DNA from: Polyangiaceae bacterium
GTDB lineage: Bacteria; Myxococcota_A; Polyangia; Polyangiales; Polyangiaceae
Length of the DNA: 64,000 nucleotides
NCBI GenBank assembly: GCA_044376115.1
Contig: JBILLK010000010.1
Span: 224,001 to 288,000, forward strand
Direction: 5' to 3'
Of this stretch, positions 58,210 through 64,000 are shown one piece after another (the stretch's first letter is position 1; each line of letters begins with the position of its first letter). The notes beneath the pieces were generated by a model. The model was not told where the DNA came from, searched no databases, and saw only the letters and a program-made list of their open reading frames with translations. The position numbers and the translations under genes are program-made.

Positions 58210-58881
58210 ATGATGAAGTACGCCCTTCTCCTAGCGCTGGGGGTCTCCTGGGGTTGTCTCGCCCCGTCGCCCAAGGAGCGCAACGAGCCCATGGAAACCA
58301 CCACGAGCACGCTGCAGACTCAGCCCAAGGAGAACGGCGGACCGGCTGGAGATGGAGTTGGCCCGGCGACTCGCCACGGCGGCACCATCGATCTCAAGCG
58401 AGTACAGTGGCCGGACGCCGCGAGCGTGAATCAAGCAGCTCGCGCCGCGTTAACCAGCAGCGCCCGCGAACAGGTGGATAACGCGGTATTGCCCGTGTTG
58501 CTCCCGTCCGATGCGGCGCTGGCGCACAACGCTACCGTGATCGCTCGGCCTACGTTCATCGCGGTTTCAACGCGCACGGAAGACAAGTCCCTCACCGTGT
58601 CGGTGTCCGCCTCCAACGTCGTTCACCGCTACCAAGGAATGGAGAGGGCCACACCAACGAGCAAGGTCCGCGGCGGCAAGCCTGCCTGGGTTCTGCAGAA
58701 CGAGGGGATTTGGAGCGTCGCCTGGAATGAACACGGGATCGACTACGTGCTCGAGCTCGAATGCGCGGCCCCTGGTACGGACGCGCGCTGCGCGGATGAC
58801 ACTGCCGTTCGTCAATTCGCTGAGGAGCTCGTGTTCGTCGGTGGTAGCGCCCAAGCAGTCAACAAGGAGCCCAGCCGATGA
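58210..58881 (+). CDS. putative lipoprotein
   Basis: MMKYALLLALGVSWGC lipobox; ATGA overlap with the M23 gene. Confidence 0.72.
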   Translation: MMKYALLLALGVSWGCLAPSPKERNEPMETTTSTLQTQPKENGGPAGDGVGPATRHGGTIDLKRVQWPDAASVNQAARAALTSSAREQVDNAVLPVLLPSDAALAHNATVIARPTFIAVSTRTEDKSLTVSVSASNVVHRYQGMERATPTSKVRGGKPAWVLQNEGIWSVAWNEHGIDYVLELECAAPGTDARCADDTAVRQFAEELVFVGGSAQAVNKEPSR

Positions 58882-60491
58882 GCGCAGCCTCTGTTCACGC
58901 CTTCCGCCGAGTTCGGCCGCTCGCGATCGCTTCTGCAGCCACGCTCACGTCCTTGCTCTGGCAGGCCAGCGCTATCGCGCAACCGTTTAGCTATAATCCG
59001 CCCGGCCAGCTCGTGCCGAACTCGGGGGAAGGCCGCTTCGACGAAAAGGCCTATGCGCCCGGGATGCGCTTTCCGATCGAGAGCGCCCCCGCCTACGCGA
59101 ACTCCCAAGTTTGGGGAACCGGCGGCTCGGAAGGGCCCTCTGGCTCCCAATGCGCAGAAGCGAACTTCAGCTATCCGTGGTCGGACAACTATTGCGAAAC
59201 GCGCTCGTGGGATATGCCGCTATGCCCTTCGGGCACCGGCCATCAGGGTCAGGACATTCGAGCAGCTACCTGCGACAAGAACGTGCACCCGGTGGTGGCC
59301 TCGGAGACCGGCACGGTAACCAACGTTGGCAGCTATAGCGTCTACATCACCGCAGCAGACGGCACACGCTACGACTACTTGCATATGGGTTCGGTCGCGG
59401 TTTCTCCTGGACAAGACGTCCAGAAGGGAACCGTCATTGGGCGAGTCTCCAATGAGTTTGGCGGAACCCCGACCTCGGTGCACCTGCATTTCAATCTACG
59501 CCAGAACGTCGACGGCCTCGGCAGCGTGTATGTGCCAACGTATATGTCATTGGTCAACTCCTACCAAGCCTTGGTTGGGCCGGTTGCTCCGCCGCCAACA
59601 GGCGCGCTGAGCGGAGCTAGCTGTGAATCGCTGCTTGGCTTCGTCTCCCCCAGCGAAGGCACCGCTCCGATCGACGTGCGCCTCTACTTCGATGGCGCGC
59701 CCACGGACGGCAACACCGTTGGGCATACCTTCCTCGCCGACTTACCGGTAGAGACGGGCTGCAACGAGGGTTGCGCCTGCGACGGCAGCACCTGCGCTTT
59801 CGGTTTCGACATTCCGCCGCCCTTCTCCTTGTTCGACGGGTCGGCACACAGCGTCCGAGCCTACGGTTCGGATGGCTCGCCCGAGCTGACCGAGCTCACT
59901 GGGAACCCGCTCGAATTCAACTGCGCCTTCGAGGTTCCGAGCGGAGTTCGCCGCAAGATCAGCTCGGACGAGGTGCAGATCGCTTGGCGCTTCTCCAGCT
60001 TCTGGGACGAACTCGAGGTCTCCGACGGGATCATCGCCAAGCTAGCGGAGAGTGAAGAGCTCCCCAGCGAGCCCAAACTCGTCGCCAGCAGCGACGCTCC
60101 CGATGCGTTGTTCGTGGTCGATGGCGCACGCAAACGACGCGTCAGCGGAGCCGTATCGAGCAAGGCTTGGGGCTTCGAATTCCCGCCCGAGCTACTGCCG
60201 GCGAGCGAACTCGAAGCGATGGCGGAAGGCCCGGCCTGGCCTCACAGGCCGATGATCCTCGTCAACGCCCAAGGCGAACGCTTCCTCGTCGACGCCAAAC
60301 CCGAAACTCCACCGACGTCCGGCAATGGCGGCGGGGACGCCTCATCGAGCGGCGGCGGTGGGGACTCCAGCGGCGGCGGTGGGGACTCCAGCGGCGGTTG
60401 CTCTTGCACAACCCCCGCCAGCGCGTCGCCCAATCCGCTCTTGGCTCTCTTGGGGCTCCTACCGCTCGCCCGTCGACGCAAGCGTCACTAA
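58878..60491 (+). CDS. M23-family metallopeptidase with MYXO-CTERM anchor
   Basis: Signal peptide; HQGQD, YLHM, HLHF zinc motifs; GGCSC...LLALLGLL..RRRK. Confidence 0.88.
   Translation: MSAASVHAFRRVRPLAIASAATLTSLLWQASAIAQPFSYNPPGQLVPNSGEGRFDEKAYAPGMRFPIESAPAYANSQVWGTGGSEGPSGSQCAEANFSYPWSDNYCETRSWDMPLCPSGTGHQGQDIRAATCDKNVHPVVASETGTVTNVGSYSVYITAADGTRYDYLHMGSVAVSPGQDVQKGTVIGRVSNEFGGTPTSVHLHFNLRQNVDGLGSVYVPTYMSLVNSYQALVGPVAPPPTGALSGASCESLLGFVSPSEGTAPIDVRLYFDGAPTDGNTVGHTFLADLPVETGCNEGCACDGSTCAFGFDIPPPFSLFDGSAHSVRAYGSDGSPELTELTGNPLEFNCAFEVPSGVRRKISSDEVQIAWRFSSFWDELEVSDGIIAKLAESEELPSEPKLVASSDAPDALFVVDGARKRRVSGAVSSKAWGFEFPPELLPASELEAMAEGPAWPHRPMILVNAQGERFLVDAKPETPPTSGNGGGDASSSGGGGDSSGGGGDSSGGCSCTTPASASPNPLLALLGLLPLARRRKRH
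60348..60397 (+). repeat. 21-nt coding tandem repeat (SGGGGDS linker)
   Basis: agcggcggcggtggggactcc x2 plus a partial copy. Confidence 0.75.
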
Positions 60492-60525
60492 ACAGCTTTG
60501 GTCCACACCGCCAGCTCGACGCGCC

Positions 60526-61233
60526 TCAAGGCACGATGCGAACCAGCGTACGAGGCACGTTGTGTTCGTCGCAGCCTGATTTCTGGAAGGCGTAGACCTG
60601 CTCGATCTGTTCGTCGTCCACGGCGACGCAGCCTAAGGTCCAATCGCCTGCTTCGGCGCCACCGCCACCCCCGTGAAGCTGCAACAAGCTGCCAAGTCCG
60701 GTGGTCTGCGGCGGCTCTTTGCACTGCCGCTGCGCGGCGACGATCGCTCGATGCTCCGGGCTGCCAATCGTCCCAGCCGACAAACCGGCGTCGGCGTCTG
60801 CGATATTGGGGTAAGCAAGCTGCAATGAGCGATGAAAGCCGCTCGGAAATTTCTTACTAATGAAGTAATCGCCCTCGGGCGTTCGGCCATCCCCCTCACG
60901 TTGCTTGTGACCCAGCGGCGCAAAACCAAGCGAGGCTTCAAAGCTCGCAGCGAGTTGTGCTCCGCAGCGAAGTTCCAACCTTCGAGCAGCCTTACGCACG
61001 AGAATCATTCGTTGCTCAGCGCATGACACCAGGAGCTCGGGGTTCGGCTGCTCAGGCGCTGAGACTTCGGCGCGGACGAACTCCGCCCTCGAAGCTGCAG
61101 GCGGCAAGGCCGACACAGGTTCTGCGAAGAGCACCGGGTCGTACGGCTCGGCCGCTATCATCGTGAGCCGAGAAGGCTCCCTCGTGTCAGCACTCGGTGC
61201 ACAGCCAAACAGCGTCGCAAAGGCGGCTAGCAT
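60526..61233 (-). CDS. L,D-transpeptidase (YkuD) family lipoprotein
   Basis: LFGC lipobox; K.REGDGRTPEGDY, YPN..D, LHGG...WTLGCVA. Confidence 0.88.
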   Translation of the reverse strand: MLAAFATLFGCAPSADTREPSRLTMIAAEPYDPVLFAEPVSALPPAASRAEFVRAEVSAPEQPNPELLVSCAEQRMILVRKAARRLELRCGAQLAASFEASLGFAPLGHKQREGDGRTPEGDYFISKKFPSGFHRSLQLAYPNIADADAGLSAGTIGSPEHRAIVAAQRQCKEPPQTTGLGSLLQLHGGGGGAEAGDWTLGCVAVDDEQIEQVYAFQKSGCDEHNVPRTLVRIVP

Positions 61234-61466
61234 TGGGACCGACCATGTAGCCGAGTGTGCGCAATTGGCCTGTCGCCCGCCGCGTCGAAGGTCGTGTCCC
61301 ATGAGCAAGCATCGCGAGAGGAGCAGGAACTGTGACCGCCTCCTCGATCGTTGCCAAAAGAAGCTTTGAGCTTCAGATTCGGTCGCTTGACAGGTTGACG
61401 CGCCGCGTCCACATAGGGGCTTTGTTGTCTGCATCCGCCCCGGCGGAATGACCAAAGGAGGCAGCT

Positions 61467-63320
61467 GTGTCCACCACCCCGCAAAACCGATACAAAGCCG
61501 ACGTTCGAGAGACCAAGTTCCTGCTCTTTGAACAGTTCCCCATTGAGCCCCTTTTGGGCAAAGCGCCTTTTGAAGCCTGGGGCCGGGACGAGTGCAGCAT
61601 GGTGCTCGACGAGTCCTACAAGTGGTGTTGTGACGTCGTCGGCCCCCTGAACGCTGTCGGGGACCGCGAGGGCTGCGCCATCGTTGACGGACGCGTGAAG
61701 ACGCCAACCGGCTTCAAGGATGCTTGGGCCTCCCTTTTCCAAGCGGGCTGGAAGGGCTTGGCTGCCTCCCCCGAGTATGACGGCCAAGGCGCTCCGTACG
61801 CCCTCACCTGTGCGGTCGAGGAGTTTATGTGCGGCTCCAACCCCGCCTTCAACATGTACCCCGGGCTTGCCCAAGGGGCCGCCGAGGTCATTGCGCACTT
61901 CGGCACCAAGAAGCAGAAAGACTTGTTTGTCCGCCGCATGATCCACGGCACCTGGGGCGGCACGATGTGCCTAACCGAGCCCCATGCCGGGAGCGACGTC
62001 GGCTCGGCGCGCACCTCGGCCAAGCGCCTCGGTGATGGCAAATACGCTATCTCCGGCACCAAGATATATATCTCGGGCGGCGATAACGACTTTACCGAGA
62101 ACGTCGTCCACTTGGTGCTCGCCCGCGTGGAAGGCGCCCCTCCCGGAACCAAAGGCCTCTCGCTCTTCATCGTGCCGCGCGTACGTGTGAATGAGGATGC
62201 AAGCCTTGGGGAGCTGAATGACGTCGCCGTTGCCTCGCTCGAACACAAGATGGGCATCAACGGTAACGCCACCTGCGTGCTCAACTTCGGTGAGGACGGC
62301 AACTGCATCGGTGAACTCGTTGGCGAGGCTGAGAACGTCGGCATTCAACAGATGTTCATGATGATGAACACGGCCCGCATCGGCGTGGGCATTCAGGGCG
62401 TCGCGGTCGCTGGCGCGGCCTTCCTCGCGGCGCTCGACTACGCCAAGGATCGCAAGCAAGGCGCGAGCATGCTCAACTGGAAAGACGCTACGGCTCCGCG
62501 CGTACCCATCATCGAGCACGCCGACATTCGCCGCATGCTGATGGAGATGAAGGCTCGCAGCGAGGGTCCGCGCGCGCTGGTGATGAAGCTCGCCTACCAC
62601 TCTGACCATGTCCGGGCGCTCAAAGGCAAAGACGATCAAGCCGCCGCCTATCACCAGGGCCAAGTGGATTTGCTGGTGCCGCTCGTAAAGGCCTACTCTA
62701 CGGACCAAGCCTTCAAGGTCTGCGAGCTCGCCATCCAAACCTTTGGTGGAGCCGGCTTCGTGAAGGATTACCCGGTAGAGCAGTACTGCCGTGACTCGAA
62801 GATCTTCAGCATCTACGAAGGCACCAATCACATTCAGGCGATGGACCTCGTGGGTCGCAAGTTGCCGCAAAACGGCGGGGCCAACCTGCAGGCCTTCCTT
62901 GGAGACATTGCCCGCTTCATCGCCGAGAACGAGTCGCATGAGAAGCTCGGTGGTCTGGTGAAGGAGTTGGCGGTCGCTCATGAAGCGGTCGCTGGCGTCG
63001 CTATGCGGCTCCTGGGCTGGTTCCAGTCAGGCCGCATGCAGCTTGTTCCGCTCGCGGCCAACCGGGTCCTCGAGATGATGAGCGAGCTCTGCTGCACCTG
63101 GCTGCTCTGCGTTGGCGCGCGGATCGCGTTTGATGCGCTGCAGAAGCTGCCCAAAGGGGAAGACGCTCAGGCCGAGCGCGCCTTCTACGAAGGCAAGTTG
63201 CACGTCGCCACCTACGCGGTTCACAACATCCTGCCTCACGCCAAGCTGACGGCGGAGATTCTCGGCCGTGAAGACACCTCCGCGCTCGACATGCCGGCGC
63301 AGGCCTTCGCTTCCATCTGA
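61467..63320 (+). CDS. acyl-CoA dehydrogenase
   Basis: AGGAGG RBS; GTMCLTEPHAGSD, GTKIYISGG, EHKMGI, GGAGF..DYP, IYEGTNHIQ. Confidence 0.95.
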   Translation: MSTTPQNRYKADVRETKFLLFEQFPIEPLLGKAPFEAWGRDECSMVLDESYKWCCDVVGPLNAVGDREGCAIVDGRVKTPTGFKDAWASLFQAGWKGLAASPEYDGQGAPYALTCAVEEFMCGSNPAFNMYPGLAQGAAEVIAHFGTKKQKDLFVRRMIHGTWGGTMCLTEPHAGSDVGSARTSAKRLGDGKYAISGTKIYISGGDNDFTENVVHLVLARVEGAPPGTKGLSLFIVPRVRVNEDASLGELNDVAVASLEHKMGINGNATCVLNFGEDGNCIGELVGEAENVGIQQMFMMMNTARIGVGIQGVAVAGAAFLAALDYAKDRKQGASMLNWKDATAPRVPIIEHADIRRMLMEMKARSEGPRALVMKLAYHSDHVRALKGKDDQAAAYHQGQVDLLVPLVKAYSTDQAFKVCELAIQTFGGAGFVKDYPVEQYCRDSKIFSIYEGTNHIQAMDLVGRKLPQNGGANLQAFLGDIARFIAENESHEKLGGLVKELAVAHEAVAGVAMRLLGWFQSGRMQLVPLAANRVLEMMSELCCTWLLCVGARIAFDALQKLPKGEDAQAERAFYEGKLHVATYAVHNILPHAKLTAEILGREDTSALDMPAQAFASI

Positions 63321-63338
63321 ACGAGAACGGTAAAATGC

Positions 63339-63377
63339 AGCAAGGAGTCGACGATGATCGGCTCCTTGCTTCGTTTT
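63339..63377 (+). terminator. rho-independent terminator between convergent genes
   Basis: AGCAAGGAGTCGA-cgatga-TCGGCTCCTTGCT followed by tcgtttt. Confidence 0.7.
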
Positions 63378-63396
63378 GTAGATGGGACGGAGGAGC

Positions 63397-63999
63397 TCAG
63401 TCCAAGAAACCGCGCTTGGCTTGATCTCGTTCAATTGAGCGGAATAGCGCGCCAAAGTTGCCCTCGCCAAACGAGAGGTGGTTCTTACGCTGAATCAGCT
63501 CGACGAAGATCGGCCCGATCAGATTCTTGGTGAAGATCTGCAGCAGGTAGCCCTCTTCATCTCCATCAATCAACACGTTGCGAGCCGCGAGCTCTGCTCG
63601 ATCCTCGGTCACGTTGGGCACCCGCTCGAACACCGAGGCGTAGTAGTCGGCGTCGATGTCCAAGAACTGAATGGGGCTGCCCTCGAGCGCTTTGAGCGAG
63701 CTCAGGATGTCCTCGGTCAGGAACGCGAGATGCTGGACGCCGGGCCCGCGATACTCCTCGAGGTACTCGGCTATCTGGCTCTTGGCCTCGGTGGCCTCGT
63801 TGATGGGTATGCAGAAAGTTCCACAGGCTGAGCGCAAGGCGTACGAGGTCAGGCCGGTCTTCACGCCGCGGATGTCAAAGTAGCGAACCTCGGTAAAGCC
63901 GAAGACATCCTTGTAGAAGTTCGCCCACGCTTGCATCGTCCCTTTGGCCACGTTGTTGGTCAGGTGGTCGATGCGAACAAAGCCTTTCGCCGGGACGCG
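63397..63999 (-). CDS. hppD: 4-hydroxyphenylpyruvate dioxygenase (N-terminus beyond window end)
   Basis: IDHLTNNV, PINE, SQIAEYL..Y.GPGVQHLA, LLQIFT, FVELIQRK, FGEGNF.ALF.SIE. Confidence 0.95.
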   Translation of the reverse strand, partial: RVPAKGFVRIDHLTNNVAKGTMQAWANFYKDVFGFTEVRYFDIRGVKTGLTSYALRSACGTFCIPINEATEAKSQIAEYLEEYRGPGVQHLAFLTEDILSSLKALEGSPIQFLDIDADYYASVFERVPNVTEDRAELAARNVLIDGDEEGYLLQIFTKNLIGPIFVELIQRKNHLSFGEGNFGALFRSIERDQAKRGFLD

Positions 64000-64000
64000 G

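Noticed and set aside
61234..61707. Long N-terminal extension of the L,D-transpeptidase ORF
   Set aside because: Overlaps the acyl-CoA dehydrogenase gene and its promoter region; the lipobox start at 61233 is more plausible

Overview
High-GC, gene-dense bacterial chromosomal segment. The gene repertoire (several Hanks-type Ser/Thr kinases, PP2C, MYXO-CTERM-like tails, PEGA/TPR proteins, Cys-rich lipoproteins) points to Myxococcota, probably Polyangiales/Sorangium-like; this is inference. I can support about 48 CDSs, including housekeeping genes (RluA-family, nadA, acs, rnhA, gdh, hppD, acyl-CoA and hydroxyacyl-CoA dehydrogenases). I saw no rRNA, tRNA, CRISPR, prophage or IS. Most notable: (1) an intact eukaryote-type bifunctional 6-phosphofructo-2-kinase/fructose-2,6-bisphosphatase; (2) an ECF sigma factor paired with a 1558-aa zinc-anti-sigma/TM/FecR/VIT/vWA/TPR protein, divergent from a catalytically dead HtrA/DegS-like PDZ protein; (3) a candidate surface-glycosylation 'write/decorate/read' cluster (TMTC-like glycosyltransferase, Nir2/RdgB-like LNS2 lipoprotein, double-EPN C-type lectin lipoprotein, two LtaS/EptA-type transferases); (4) several apparent pseudoenzymes (GpmI-like, kinase-PEGA, APH-like, HtrA-like); (5) a DUF2760-Hsp70-Hsp70 triad. 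All family calls come from motif recognition by eye; no searches were run.
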